Assembly: GCA_963840455.1 (NCBI GenBank)
Contig: CAWIYV010000004.1
Span: 1 to 64,000, forward strand
Reading direction: 5' to 3'
Source of the DNA: Nitrospirota bacterium
GTDB lineage: Bacteria > Nitrospirota > UBA9217
DNA length: 64,000 nt
In this document: positions 16,390-27,289 of the stretch, piece after piece
Position numbering within the stretch: the stretch's first letter is position 1
Layout of the letters: each line of letters opens with the position of its first letter
Program-made: the position numbers and the translations under genes
Notes under the pieces: model-generated
Seen by the model: the letters and a program-made list of their open reading frames with translations, nothing else
What the model was told of the DNA's origin: nothing
Database searches by the model: none

Positions 16390-18198
16390 ATGCAAAAACG
16401 GATTATCGTTTCCATCCTCCTCAGTGTGCTCATCATCCTCATCAGCCTCGGCCTGGTGAGCTATCACCACATTGAAGATAGCATTGAACGGTCCTATGAG
16501 GACCATCTCACCGAGGCGAAGATCATCGGAACCTCCATCGACCACATCCTCGAAGAGAACCTGACCCGCCTCTATGACATCTCCCTGTCCGACAGGATCG
16601 ACATCACGGACAGGAACTGGGCGCCGGAGCAGGAGGCGCTGAAAGCCGCCTACCATTACTCCATCTTCACCGACGGCGTGTTCCTGCTTGACAAGATCGG
16701 GAATGTCCTCCTGACCTACCCTCCGCGTGAAGGATGGACCATCAATATGCTCGGCGTCCCGCCGGTAAGCAAGGTCATCAGCGACATGCGGCCCGTCATT
16801 TCGAGCGTCTTCACCATGGAGCCGTCCCGCCGGAAGGTCATCTTCGCCCTCGTTCCTCTCAAGAACCGGAACGGCGACGTGGTGGGCGCCGCCGGAGGAC
16901 TTATCGACCCCACGAACTATCAGTTCACGCGGATCCTGACCTCGATCGCGGCCGCCAAGACCACGAACATCGAACTGGTGGACAGTCAGGGGATCGTCAT
17001 CGCTTCGAACCATCCCGAGAGCATCCTGACCGGGATCGACCACAACAAGTTTCTGGGCAGGCTTATCGCGGAGAAAAAGAGCACCGTTGCCACGTGCCAT
17101 CGCTGCCATGCCGCGGCCAAGGAGTCGGCGCGCAGGACTGAGGACGTCCTCGTCTTCACGCCGCTCGATCTCGCACCGTGGGGCGTGGCGTTCCGGTTTC
17201 CCAAGGACATCATCTACGCCCCTTCCGAATCACTGAAAAAAGGGTTCATCATGCTCGGCATCATTTCCCTGGCCACGTCGTTCGTGCTGGCCCTCGGGAT
17301 GAGCAAGAGCATCGTGAAACCGGTCCGGCAGCTGATCCAGGCAACGGGAAGGATCGCCCGGGGCAATCTCAGTGAGGAAGTGAACATTGAGAGCACCGAG
17401 GAGATCGGCACGCTGGCCCTTAGTTTCGAGGGCATGCGGCAGAAGCTTGCCGACTCCCTGGACAGCATCCAGCGCCAGAACCTCGAACTGGAGCAGCGGG
17501 TCCGGGAGCGGACGCACCAGCTCGAAGAAAAGCACGCTATCAACAGGATCCTGCTGCGGAAGCTGATCACGTCCCAGGAGGACGAGCGCAAGCGGATCGC
17601 GCGCGAGCTCCACGATGAATCGCTTCAGACGCTCTCCGCCCTCCTCATGAACATCGAGTTCTGCAGACTGCATCCGGACCTGATCACGCCACAGAAGGTC
17701 GCCCAGATGAAGGAGACCGTGACGCTGGTCATCAATGAAATGTCCAAGGTCATCCAGAACCTCCGGCCTACGGTCCTCGACGACCTGGGATTCGAGGCGG
17801 GGATCATCTGGCTCATCGACCGGAACCTGAAAGAACGTGGCATCAACTGCTTCGTGAACCTCCAGAACCTGGAGGAAGACAAGCTGCGCCCCGAACTCCA
17901 GGTAACGCTCTTCCGCATTATCCAGGAATTGACCACGAACATCGCCCGGCACGCGCAGGCGAAGAATGTCCTCATCCACGTAAAGAACGACAATAAGCTG
18001 TTCACCATGACCATTGAGGACGATGGGATAGGTTTCGACACGGGAACGGTGTTCGAGAACACCCTGACCGGCAGGGGCCTCGGCATCCTGGGCATGAAGG
18101 AAAGGGCAGCGCAGGTGAACGGAACCTTGAAGGTCTGCTCGACCCCCGATCAAGGCACGATGGTCCTGTGCGCCGTTCCGCTATCATCGGAGGTTTGA
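16390..18198 (+). CDS. HisKA_3 sensor kinase with Cache/HAMP domains and an extracytoplasmic CxxCH
   Basis: ERKRIARELHD, DDGIGF, GLGILGMKERA; CHRCH between the two TM helices. Confidence 0.92.
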   Translation: MQKRIIVSILLSVLIILISLGLVSYHHIEDSIERSYEDHLTEAKIIGTSIDHILEENLTRLYDISLSDRIDITDRNWAPEQEALKAAYHYSIFTDGVFLLDKIGNVLLTYPPREGWTINMLGVPPVSKVISDMRPVISSVFTMEPSRRKVIFALVPLKNRNGDVVGAAGGLIDPTNYQFTRILTSIAAAKTTNIELVDSQGIVIASNHPESILTGIDHNKFLGRLIAEKKSTVATCHRCHAAAKESARRTEDVLVFTPLDLAPWGVAFRFPKDIIYAPSESLKKGFIMLGIISLATSFVLALGMSKSIVKPVRQLIQATGRIARGNLSEEVNIESTEEIGTLALSFEGMRQKLADSLDSIQRQNLELEQRVRERTHQLEEKHAINRILLRKLITSQEDERKRIARELHDESLQTLSALLMNIEFCRLHPDLITPQKVAQMKETVTLVINEMSKVIQNLRPTVLDDLGFEAGIIWLIDRNLKERGINCFVNLQNLEEDKLRPELQVTLFRIIQELTTNIARHAQAKNVLIHVKNDNKLFTMTIEDDGIGFDTGTVFENTLTGRGLGILGMKERAAQVNGTLKVCSTPDQGTMVLCAVPLSSEV

Positions 18199-18200
18199 CC

Positions 18201-18860
18201 ATGGCAAAGAAGACGAGGATCCTTATCGCCGACGATCACGCGATGGTCCGCCAGGGCATCGCCTCGTTCCTGGGCATGTCCCAGGAGTTCGAGGTCGTGG
18301 GCGAGGCCGCCGACGGCGTGGAGGCCATCGAGGCCGTGAAGCGGACCAAACCGGACATCGTGCTGATGGACATATCCATGCCGCGGCTCGGCGGGCTCGA
18401 GGCCACGCTCGAGATCAAGAAGTCCTATCCCGGGGTCAAGGTCCTGGTCCTGACGCAATACGAGGATATGGTGTACATCAAACGGTTCTTCAAGGCGGGC
18501 GCGTCCGGGTATCTCCTGAAGAAGGCGGTCGGGGAAGACCTCCTCACGGCGATCCGGTCCGTCATCGAGGGAAAGGTCTACGTTCATCCGTCGATCGCGT
18601 CGGGGGTAGTTGACGGTTATCTGGGGATACAGAAGGGAGAGCCGCAGGAGGACCCCTACGACCTGCTAACGGACCGGGAAAAACAGGTGCTAAAGCTCAT
18701 CGCCGAGGGCCATACCCACAAGGAGGCGGCCGACATCCTGAACATCAGCGCCAAAACGGTTATTGCCCACCAGACCAACCTCAGCGAAAAGCTCAAGATC
18801 CATTCCCGCGCCGGCCTCATCAAGTTCTCGATCCAGAAAGGGATCATCAAGATCGAGTAG
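18201..18860 (+). CDS. NarL/LuxR-family response regulator
   Basis: ILIADDH, LMDISMP, LTDREKQVL..IAEG HTH. Confidence 0.93.
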   Translation: MAKKTRILIADDHAMVRQGIASFLGMSQEFEVVGEAADGVEAIEAVKRTKPDIVLMDISMPRLGGLEATLEIKKSYPGVKVLVLTQYEDMVYIKRFFKAGASGYLLKKAVGEDLLTAIRSVIEGKVYVHPSIASGVVDGYLGIQKGEPQEDPYDLLTDREKQVLKLIAEGHTHKEAADILNISAKTVIAHQTNLSEKLKIHSRAGLIKFSIQKGIIKIE

Positions 18861-18898
18861 CGCGGGCATCCGAACACTGGTAGCACGGGAACGCGCGG

Positions 18899-19183
18899 TC
18901 AGATTTTGCCGTCGACCATCTCGCGCATCTCTTTACCGGCCTTGAAGAACGGCACTTTCTTAGGAGGCACGGAAACCGTCTCGCCGGTCTTCGGGTTCCT
19001 CCCTTCCTTGGCGCGCCGGTGGCGGATCCGGAAGCTCCCGAACCCGCGGATCTCGACCTTGTCCTCTTTTGCCAGGGCGAACTTGATGCTGTCCAGGACG
19101 GTATTGACGACCACTTCCACCTGCTTCCTGGTCAGCCCCGGTTTTTTCTCCGAGATCTTGTCGATCAGCTCTGCCTTCGTCAT
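18899..19183 (-). CDS. ihfB: Integration host factor beta subunit
   Basis: MTKAELI...VEIRGFGSF...GRNPKTG; downstream of rpsA-sppA. Confidence 0.88.
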   Translation of the reverse strand: MTKAELIDKISEKKPGLTRKQVEVVVNTVLDSIKFALAKEDKVEIRGFGSFRIRHRRAKEGRNPKTGETVSVPPKKVPFFKAGKEMREMVDGKI

Positions 19184-19211
19184 GCACGCTCCTCCTCTGG
19201 TGACCTGTTCC

Positions 19212-20117
19212 TCAATATCGATACTGCAGGCTCATTCTGCTGTGGTCGAGCCCCCGGCTGACAACCTCCGAAAACCATGATGCCGCTTCTTCCTTGAAAT
19301 ACTCCAGGAACGGCACCTTCTTTTCTTTCTTGACGATCTTGGGCTTCCCCTTGATCCCTGCCATCTCTGCCGCCACGAGGATGCTGTCCTCGAGGTCGCC
19401 AAGCTGGTCCACCAGTTTCAGCTGGAGCGCCTGACGGCCGGTAAAGACCCTTCCGTCGGCAATGGCCTTTACGTCCGCTTCCGGGAGGTTCCTCCCTTTT
19501 GCCACGGCCTCGATGAACTGGCTGTGCACATCGTCAATGACCGCCTGCAGCAGTTTCTTCTCGGGCTCCGACATCTCCCGGTAGGGCGATCCGATGTCCT
19601 TGTACTCACCTGCTTTGACCACCATCCCCTTCACGCCGATCTTTTCGAGCAGTTTCTCCACGTTGGCGAACTCCATCTTGACGCCAATGCTGCCCGTCAG
19701 CGTCCCCGGATTAGCGACGATCCGGTCACCGGCCGCGGCGATGTAGTAGCCCCCCGAGGCCGCGACGGACCCGAGGGACATGACAACCTTCTTCTTGCCC
19801 GTGTTCCTGGCGTTCAGCACCGCGTTGTAGATCTCCTGGGACACGACCACGCCGCCGCCGGGGCTGTCGATCCTGATGATGATCGCCTTGATGGAGGAAT
19901 CATCGGCATGATCGTTGATCTCTTCCACGATATGATCTGCATTGACCAACAGGCCCTCGATCTTCACCAGGGCGACCTTGTCCATTCCCGGCAGCGGTGC
20001 CAGGGGCCTGGACGACCTTCCTCCCGATACGAGGGTGGCAAGGTACAGGACCGCGAAAAAGATGACGCCCAACCCGAAGGCGGCGACCAAGATCATAAGG
20101 ATCGGTTTGTTCTTCAT
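19212..20117 (-). CDS. sppA: Signal peptide peptidase SppA (S49)
   Basis: IDSPGG, AASGGYYIA, TGSIGV. Confidence 0.93.
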   Translation of the reverse strand: MKNKPILMILVAAFGLGVIFFAVLYLATLVSGGRSSRPLAPLPGMDKVALVKIEGLLVNADHIVEEINDHADDSSIKAIIIRIDSPGGGVVVSQEIYNAVLNARNTGKKKVVMSLGSVAASGGYYIAAAGDRIVANPGTLTGSIGVKMEFANVEKLLEKIGVKGMVVKAGEYKDIGSPYREMSEPEKKLLQAVIDDVHSQFIEAVAKGRNLPEADVKAIADGRVFTGRQALQLKLVDQLGDLEDSILVAAEMAGIKGKPKIVKKEKKVPFLEYFKEEAASWFSEVVSRGLDHSRMSLQYRY

Positions 20118-20125
20118 GCGAGTCC

Positions 20126-21820
20126 TCAGTTCCCCCGGTCTTTCATCAGCGAACCGATGGACGTGTCGAATTTCTCCTGCTGTTTCATGAACTCCTTCAT
20201 GCTCGCCTTATCCTGTCCCTTGATATGCCCCTTGATGGACAGGGCTACCTTCCGTTCACCCCGGTCGACCTTCAGGATCCGTGCGGTGACCGTGTCGCCT
20301 TCTTTGATCTCGGCGGAATCCCGGGGGATCTCCGAAAGGGGTATCAGTCCTTCGATCCCGAACTCCAGCTCCACGAAAAGCCCGAAGTCCGCCTTTTTCG
20401 TCACCTTCACGGTCTCATCCTGCCCTACCGGGTAGCGTGCGGGAATGTCCTTGTCCCACGGGTCCGGCGTGAGCTGCTTGAGCCCCAGCGAGATGCGCTG
20501 CTTCTGCGCGTCGATGTTCAGGACCACCGCCCGGGCAGTCTGACCCTTCTTGAGAAGGTCCGACGGATGTTTCACATGCTTGGTCCAGGACATATCGGAG
20601 ATGTGGATCAGGCCGTCGATGCCCTCCTCGATCCCGACGAAGGCCCCGAAATCGGTGATGGTCCTCACCTTGCCTTCGACCGTGGAGCCCACGGGGTATC
20701 GCTGCCCAATGGTGTCCCAGGGGTTCGGGCCGACCTGCCTGACACCGAGGGAAATGCGCTTGGCTGCCGGATCAACGGCAAGCACCTGTGCCTCTATGGT
20801 ATCGCCGACCGCCATCACCTTGGATGGATGCTTGATCTTCTGGGTCCACGACATCTCGGAAACGTGCACGAGTCCTTCCACGCCGTGTTCGAGCTCGACG
20901 AATGCGCCGTATTCCGCGAGGCTGGTCACCTTGCCGTGCACGCGAGATCCCACGGGATACCGCTCCGCCACCGAAAGCCACGGGTCCGGCGACCGCTGCT
21001 TGAGTCCCAGCGATATCTTCTGCTTTTCCCGGTCGAACTTGAGGACGATCGCCTCAACCGTGTCGCCAGGCTTGAACAGCGTAGACGGATGGCCGATCCT
21101 GCCCCACGACATGTCCGTCACGTGGATGAGACCGTCGATGCCGCCCAGGTCCACGAACACACCGTAGTCCGTCACGTTCTTCACGATGCCGGACACGGAC
21201 GTGCCCTCGGCAAGGCCGGCGAGGAGGGCTTCCTTCCGGACGTTCTGCGCGCTCTCCAGAAGGGCCCTGCGCGAAAGGACGATGTTCCCGCGGCCCGAGT
21301 TCATCTTGATGATCTTCAGGTCCAGCACATGGCCCAGGAACTGGTCGAGGTCACGGACGGGCTTGATGTCGATCTGGGAGCCAGGCAGAAATGCCGGAAC
21401 GCCGATGTCGACCATGAGCCCTCCCTTGATGCGGGAAAGGACCCGACCCTTGAGAACCGTGCCGTTCTGATATGCCGCGTTCAGGTCATCCCATGCCTGC
21501 AGCTTCTTCGCCTTCTCGCGGGAAAGGATGAGGTTCCCCCGCGAATCCTCCGCCTCCTCAAGGAACACCTCCAGTTCATCACCTGGCTTGAGCGATGCAA
21601 GCTCCTCGGGCGCGAACTGCTCGACGGGGATGATGCCGTCAGATTTGTACCCAAGGTCCACCAGGACCGCGTTGGACTGTACCCGCAGCACCCGTACCTT
21701 GACGAGAGACCCCTTCTGAAAGCTTTTTAGCGACTGACTGTACAGCCGCTCGAACTCGCTGCTTTCCGGTTCGGCCTCGTGCGATTCCTCGAACTCAACA
21801 TCACCGCTGCTCATGCTCAT
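20126..21820 (-). CDS. rpsA: 30S ribosomal protein S1
   Basis: Repeated S1 domains; SD AGGAGG-like before ATG 21820; cmk-ispH-rpsA synteny. Confidence 0.95.
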   Translation of the reverse strand: MSMSSGDVEFEESHEAEPESSEFERLYSQSLKSFQKGSLVKVRVLRVQSNAVLVDLGYKSDGIIPVEQFAPEELASLKPGDELEVFLEEAEDSRGNLILSREKAKKLQAWDDLNAAYQNGTVLKGRVLSRIKGGLMVDIGVPAFLPGSQIDIKPVRDLDQFLGHVLDLKIIKMNSGRGNIVLSRRALLESAQNVRKEALLAGLAEGTSVSGIVKNVTDYGVFVDLGGIDGLIHVTDMSWGRIGHPSTLFKPGDTVEAIVLKFDREKQKISLGLKQRSPDPWLSVAERYPVGSRVHGKVTSLAEYGAFVELEHGVEGLVHVSEMSWTQKIKHPSKVMAVGDTIEAQVLAVDPAAKRISLGVRQVGPNPWDTIGQRYPVGSTVEGKVRTITDFGAFVGIEEGIDGLIHISDMSWTKHVKHPSDLLKKGQTARAVVLNIDAQKQRISLGLKQLTPDPWDKDIPARYPVGQDETVKVTKKADFGLFVELEFGIEGLIPLSEIPRDSAEIKEGDTVTARILKVDRGERKVALSIKGHIKGQDKASMKEFMKQQEKFDTSIGSLMKDRGN

Positions 21821-22034
21821 GACACTACCTTTCCTCCTGCCGTCATTTATCCTAGAAAAAGCATTAAGACACTTAAGAAGCGTATGAACACCGTGATACA
21901 AGCGGATACGATCCACAGAAAAACATTCATCCGACCGGAGAACCGCCTGTCAAGGAAAAATCCGCCGCTATCCCACTTTTAGCCGATTTGGTCAGAGTCA
22001 CATGCCGTTGTTAAATTTATCGCACAGCTGGCTG

Positions 22035-22874
22035 TCAGGTCTTCCCTCCGGCCTTCAGACGCTCCACTACCGCATCAATGACCCAGCCTGGCGTGGATGC
22101 ACCGGCCGTCACCCCAACGGTCCGGGCTCCCGTCAGCCATTCTGACCGGATCTCATCGACGACCTCGACATGGTAGGTCGGTTTGCCGGCCTCACGGCTG
22201 AGAGAGACCAGCCTGCCTGTGTTTGCGCTGTTCCTTCCGCCCACCACGATCATCACATCGACCCGTGAGGCCAGTACCCGGGTCGCATCCTGGCGCTCCT
22301 TGGTCGAGCTGCAGATCGTGTTAAAGACCTTTAACTCATTGGAAAGACGGAGCAATCTTAGCACAATTTCAGAAAAATTACCATAAGATTGCGTCGTCTG
22401 TGCAACAACACCGAGCCGCCCCTGAAGTTTCAACTGATCAATGTCCTCAGGTTGTTCAACGACCACGGAGTTTTCACCGGCATATCCGAGGATGCTCTGG
22501 ACCTCCGGATGCTTCTTTTCTCCCACGACCACGACCCGGTACCCTTCCCTGCTGAGCGACTGCGCATGCTGCTGGGCCTTTGCCACAAAGGGGCAGGTGA
22601 GGTCGATAATGGTTAGCCCCTTTTCCCGGGCACTCGCAAGCACTGTCGGAGGCACGCCATGAGAGCGTATGATCAGCGAGTCTCCGGACCGCAGCCCGGA
22701 GAAGTCCTCGACGGTCTCCACCCCGGCGTCCCGCAGCCGGGAAACTTCCTGGGGATTATGGATGAGCGGGCCCAAACAGTAAACCTTGCCCTCGCCCGCG
22801 GCCTTGAAAGCAGTGCTGATCGCACGCTGTACGCCAAAGCAGAAACCGGCCTTGTCCGCCAGGATCACTTCCAT
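22035..22874 (-). CDS. ispH: 4-hydroxy-3-methylbut-2-enyl diphosphate reductase
   Basis: GFCFGV, IHN, TCPFV, HPEV, NTIC, SAN motifs. Confidence 0.95.
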   Translation of the reverse strand: MEVILADKAGFCFGVQRAISTAFKAAGEGKVYCLGPLIHNPQEVSRLRDAGVETVEDFSGLRSGDSLIIRSHGVPPTVLASAREKGLTIIDLTCPFVAKAQQHAQSLSREGYRVVVVGEKKHPEVQSILGYAGENSVVVEQPEDIDQLKLQGRLGVVAQTTQSYGNFSEIVLRLLRLSNELKVFNTICSSTKERQDATRVLASRVDVMIVVGGRNSANTGRLVSLSREAGKPTYHVEVVDEIRSEWLTGARTVGVTAGASTPGWVIDAVVERLKAGGKT

Positions 22875-22875
22875 G

Positions 22876-23562
22876 TCACTGACATTCCTTCCCGGTGATA
22901 TGCGACAACATTGCCGCTACCACGTCATTGATCGTCATCGTGCTGGAATCCACATACCGGGCATCGGCGGCCCGGGTCAGCGGAGCGATCGCGCGGCTGC
23001 TGTCCTGCAGGTCCCGTGCCCGGATCTCCTCCGTGATTGCGGCGCGGTCGACGTCCATGCCCTTTTCCTTCAGTTCCTGCCAGCGACGCCTTCCCCGCTC
23101 CTCGGCGCTGGCGTCGAGGTAGAACTTGATCTCGGCACGCGGAAAGACCACCGTCCCGATGTCCCGTCCGTCCATTACCACGCCGCCCGCTTCGCCCAAC
23201 ATGCGCTGGAGCGTCAGGAGCCGGGCGCGGACAGCCGGGGACTTGGAGACCGCCGAGGCCAGCATGCCCATTTCCGGTGTTCGGATGTCGTCCGTCACAT
23301 CAATGCCGTTCACCAGGACGCGCTGGCCGTCCGCGTCATGCCGGATCGTCACCTCGGTCCCGGCGCACAGACGGGCGAGTGCTCCCTCATCTGCCGGATC
23401 GACGCCGTCCCGCCTCGCTTTCCAGCCGATGGCCCGGTACATGGCGCCGGTGTCGATATAAGTATACCCCAGCCGCCGGGCAAGCAGTTTCGCAATGGTG
23501 CTCTTACCCGCCCCCGACGGGCCGTCAATGGCAATGACCGGGCCTTTGTTCCTCTGATCCAT
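22876..23562 (-). CDS. cmk: Cytidylate kinase
   Basis: IAIDGPSGAGKST, DTGAMYR, DGRDIGT. Confidence 0.95.
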   Translation of the reverse strand: MDQRNKGPVIAIDGPSGAGKSTIAKLLARRLGYTYIDTGAMYRAIGWKARRDGVDPADEGALARLCAGTEVTIRHDADGQRVLVNGIDVTDDIRTPEMGMLASAVSKSPAVRARLLTLQRMLGEAGGVVMDGRDIGTVVFPRAEIKFYLDASAEERGRRRWQELKEKGMDVDRAAITEEIRARDLQDSSRAIAPLTRAADARYVDSSTMTINDVVAAMLSHITGKECQ

Positions 23563-23608
23563 AGTTCACCTGCATGAGCCCGGGTTCTCAGCCGGCGCAT
23601 CTCCGCTT

Positions 23609-23860
23609 ATTTGAAATCCCTGCCCAGCTTCTTAATAATATATATGCCCTGGGAAGACGCTCCCAGGACGCCCGGTTATCAGCCTTCTTGATCATATCCG
23701 CTATGATCTCGGCGGCACGCTGGTCGCCCAGATTGCCCAGGCGCTGATGATCACATCCTGGGACCGCGGGGGGTCGCATGCTGCCGAGCAGCGTCGCCGT
23801 GCCTGCAAGGTGAGGGTCGCCGGACTCGGACAGCTTAAGGACCGTCCCCTCCGACTCCTT
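23609..23860 (-). pseudogene. Degenerate HEAT/PBS-repeat gene remnant
   Basis: Frameshifted pieces QDVIISA / LGNLGDQRAAEIIADMIKK / VLGASSQGIYIIKKLGRDFK*. Confidence 0.35.
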
Positions 23861-23870
23861 GCAGCAAAGG

Positions 23871-25169
23871 TCAATATGCAAGCTGTGTCAGCATGCGTTC
23901 GAAACCCGGGAAGGACGTCTCGATCCACTCGGCATCCTTCACGGTCGTCTCCCCGGAAGCGGCCAGGCCAGCCATTGCCATGGACATGGCAATGCGATGG
24001 TCACCGTGGCTTTCGCATTCCGCACCGGCAAGCCGTTCCCTGCCCGTGATCTCCATGCCGTCGGTAAGCTCGCGGACCTCGGCGCCCATCTTCCGGAGCT
24101 CCGCGGCGATGGTCGCGATGCGGTCGGACTCCTTGACACGCAGTTCCGCCGCATCCCTGATCACGGTCGTTCCCTCGGCATGCGCCGCTGCCACGGCGAT
24201 CACCGGGAACTCATCGATCGCCCGCGGGACCAGGTCGCCGCTGATCTGGGCCGCACGGAGCCTTCGGTATCGAACCCGAAGGTCCGCCACTGGCTCTCCG
24301 GCCTGTTCCCGTCGCTTCTCCAGTACAATGTCCGCCCCCATGGAGGTCAGGATGTCGATGATCCCGGTGCGCGTGGGATTGACGCCCACGTTCCGGATCA
24401 GAATGTCCGATCCGGGAACAATGCTTGCTGCAACCAGGAAGAACGCCGCGGACGATATATCGGACGGGATCTCCAGCGTGCCCGGCGCCCGCAGTGCTTG
24501 CTGTCCCGCCATGCTGACCTGAAGGCCCTCGTCCTTGATCTTGACGCCAAAGAACCGGAGCATCCGCTCTGTGTGGTCCCGGGACTTGTGCGGCTCGCTG
24601 ACCGAGGTCACGCCTCCCGCGTACAGCCCGCAGAGCAGGACTGCTGACTTTACCTGGGCGCTGGCGACCGGGCTGAGGTAGTCAATGGCCCTCACGTTCC
24701 CGCCTGCGCCCCGGACCGCAAGGGGGGCCAGTTTTCCGCCGGAGCGTCCGTCGATCACGGCGCCCATTCTCCGCAGCGGCTCCACGATCCTCCCCATGGG
24801 GCGCTTTACCAGGTACTGGTCCCCGGTGAGGACTGAAAAGAAATCCTGGCCCGCCAGGAGCCCCGTCAAAAGCCGCATGCCGGTCCCGGAGTTCCCGAGA
24901 TCGAGGACACCCGCGGGTTCCGCAAGGCCCTCCAGCCCCCTGCCATGCACGGTGAGACTGCCGGGACCGTGTTCCTCGACCGTGATGCCGAGCATCCGGA
25001 CTGCCTTCGCCGTGTTCAGCGTGTCCTCGCCGGGAAGGAACCCGCTGATGTCGGTCTTGCCTTCGGCAACAGCGGCGAACATCACCGCGCGGTGGGACAG
25101 CGATTTGTCGCCGGGCGGCGTCAGTTCTCCGGCAAGGCCGCGGGAGGGATGTATGCGAAGGTCGGACAT
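23871..25169 (-). CDS. aroA: EPSP synthase
   Basis: PGDKSLSHR, GNSGTGMR, SAQVKSA, ELRVKESDR, DHRIAM. Confidence 0.96.
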   Translation of the reverse strand: MSDLRIHPSRGLAGELTPPGDKSLSHRAVMFAAVAEGKTDISGFLPGEDTLNTAKAVRMLGITVEEHGPGSLTVHGRGLEGLAEPAGVLDLGNSGTGMRLLTGLLAGQDFFSVLTGDQYLVKRPMGRIVEPLRRMGAVIDGRSGGKLAPLAVRGAGGNVRAIDYLSPVASAQVKSAVLLCGLYAGGVTSVSEPHKSRDHTERMLRFFGVKIKDEGLQVSMAGQQALRAPGTLEIPSDISSAAFFLVAASIVPGSDILIRNVGVNPTRTGIIDILTSMGADIVLEKRREQAGEPVADLRVRYRRLRAAQISGDLVPRAIDEFPVIAVAAAHAEGTTVIRDAAELRVKESDRIATIAAELRKMGAEVRELTDGMEITGRERLAGAECESHGDHRIAMSMAMAGLAASGETTVKDAEWIETSFPGFERMLTQLAY

Positions 25170-25172
25170 GGG

Positions 25173-26033
25173 CTACCCGAGCCCCTTTCGCAGATCGCTC
25201 GCCGCACGGAACAGCGCTTCCAGCCGATGACCGTCCTTGTGCTTGATCGCCTTTTTTATCCTGTTGAGCGAGAACTGGTACTGCTCGATCATCTCGATGA
25301 TGTTCTTGCCGTTCAACAGGCAGACATCGCGCCACATCTCGGGAGAGCTGGCGGCGATGCGGGTGAAGTCACGGAAGCCGGCGCCGGAGAAGGTGATATA
25401 GTTATCTGTTTCCGAACTGAACTCCGCAACCGTGCTGACCATGGCATACGCTGCAGCGTGGGGAAGATGGCTCACGGCAGCGAAGATATGGTCATGACGA
25501 TCCGGGTCCATGATGACGACGTTCATGCCCGCAGCGGCCCACAGGGCCCTCACGGCATCGAGCGCTCCGGCATCGGTCCCGTCCGTGGGCGTCAGGATGC
25601 ATTTTGCACCCTGGAAGAGCGTCTCCGTTGCCGCATCGACACCGTGCTTTTCCCTTCCGGCGATGGGGTGTCCCGGAACGAAGTGCACCCCGGAGGGAAG
25701 AAGGCCCTCAAGAGTCCTGACGAGCATGCCTTTCACGCTTCCCACGTCCGTCAAAATGGCACCTTTCTTCATATGGGGAGCGATCTCCCGGACGATAGGT
25801 TCGAAAGTGCCGACGGGCGCCGCAAGGACCACGAGGTCGGCATGCTCCACAGCATGGGCAGAGCTCTGGCCCATATGGTCGATCACGCCGAGCCTGATCG
25901 CCTGCTCCAGCGTCTCCCTGCTCCTGCCAGCGCCGTGGATCTCTCCGGCGAGCTTCTGCGCCTTCATGACCTTTGCGAGCGATCCGCCGATGAGACCCAC
26001 ACCGATGATGGTGACCTTATTGAAGAAGAGCAT
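25173..26033 (-). CDS. tyrA: Prephenate/arogenate dehydrogenase
   Basis: GVGLIGGS, DVGSVK, HPIAG, SHLPH, TRIAAS. Confidence 0.93.
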   Translation of the reverse strand: MLFFNKVTIIGVGLIGGSLAKVMKAQKLAGEIHGAGRSRETLEQAIRLGVIDHMGQSSAHAVEHADLVVLAAPVGTFEPIVREIAPHMKKGAILTDVGSVKGMLVRTLEGLLPSGVHFVPGHPIAGREKHGVDAATETLFQGAKCILTPTDGTDAGALDAVRALWAAAGMNVVIMDPDRHDHIFAAVSHLPHAAAYAMVSTVAEFSSETDNYITFSGAGFRDFTRIAASSPEMWRDVCLLNGKNIIEMIEQYQFSLNRIKKAIKHKDGHRLEALFRAASDLRKGLG

Positions 26034-26107
26034 AATGATGAGCAACGAACGACAAGTTCACAACCTCGACCCTCTTGTTTCTTGTCTCTCGTCCCTTGTC
26101 GTTGATA

Positions 26108-27121
26108 CTATATCTCCCGTCCCACCGCATGCGCAATGGGCCGCATCTCATCCATAAGCTGTTTGAAAGCCTTGGGCTTGAGCGACTGTTCCCCGTCGCA
26201 GAGCGCTTCCTCGGGGTTCGCGTGCACTTCGATCAGCAGGCCGTCAGCGCCTGCTGCGACCGATGCCTTGGCCATTGGGGCGACGAGGTCCCACTTTCCT
26301 ACGGCATGGCTGGGATCGACGATAACGGGGAGGTGGGTCATCTGCTTCAGCACCGGGATGGCCGAAAGGTCCAGTGTGTTCCGCGTCGCGGTCTCATAGG
26401 TGCGGATGCCGCGCTCGCACAGGATCACGTCGCGGTTCCCGCCCGCCATGATGTACTCGGCGGACATGAGCCATTCCTTGATGGTGGCGGAGATACCCCG
26501 CTTCAGGAGCACCGGTTTTCTACAGAGTCCGACCTCCTTGAGGAGCCGGAAGTTCTGCATGTTGCGGGCGCCGATCTGCAGGATATCGGCGTATTTCGCG
26601 ATGAGCTCGATGTCCCGAACGTCCATCACCTCGGTCACGATGGGCAGGCCGGTGCGCTCCCGGGCTTCGGCAAGGTACTTGAGCCCTTCTTCCTCCAGGC
26701 CCTGGAAGGCATAGGGCGAGGTCCGCGGCTTGAATGCGCCGCCGCGAAGGAAGTTCGCGCCCCCATCCTTGACCGCCTTGGCGATCTCGACGAGCAGGGT
26801 CTTGTTCTCCACGGCGCAGGGTCCCGCGATGACCGCGATCCGCTTGCCGCCTATCGTTTCCTTCCCGATGGTGACAACGGTGTTCTCGGGGCTGAAATCC
26901 AGGCTCGCGAGCTTGAACGGCTTCAGGATCGGCAGGACCTTCTCAACGCCGGGGATCGCCTCGAGCGGCACCGCCTGGAGCACGGCCTCATCGCCGATGG
27001 CGCCGATGATCGTCCGCTCGGTGCCCTCGGACACATGGGCCTGGAGGCCCAGGCTCTTGAGCTTCTTGATGACATGTTCCTTCTGCTCGCGGGTGGCATC
27101 GGGCCGTAGTACGATGATCAT
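26108..27121 (-). CDS. aroF: DAHP synthase type I-beta with N-terminal regulatory domain
   Basis: [31 protein letters not shown]. Confidence 0.95.
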   Translation of the reverse strand: MIIVLRPDATREQKEHVIKKLKSLGLQAHVSEGTERTIIGAIGDEAVLQAVPLEAIPGVEKVLPILKPFKLASLDFSPENTVVTIGKETIGGKRIAVIAGPCAVENKTLLVEIAKAVKDGGANFLRGGAFKPRTSPYAFQGLEEEGLKYLAEARERTGLPIVTEVMDVRDIELIAKYADILQIGARNMQNFRLLKEVGLCRKPVLLKRGISATIKEWLMSAEYIMAGGNRDVILCERGIRTYETATRNTLDLSAIPVLKQMTHLPVIVDPSHAVGKWDLVAPMAKASVAAGADGLLIEVHANPEEALCDGEQSLKPKAFKQLMDEMRPIAHAVGREI

Positions 27122-27289
27122 AATAGTCCTTTCAAAACTTCAAGATCGTTTTGCCACAGAGAACCCGGGTACTCAGAGGAAGACCTGAACGGGTACTGTC
27201 TCCCGCAGGAAAGCGATTGTTCCGCATCCTACCGGCATACTATGCATACTGCTCTCTCGGCGACCTCGAGGTCCTCGGTGGCAACGGGT

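Noticed and set aside
14758-17109. Long antisense ORFs (also 9429-10640, 20225-21730, 60145-61926 and others)
   Set aside because: Shadow frames of high-GC genes with no motifs or translation signals.
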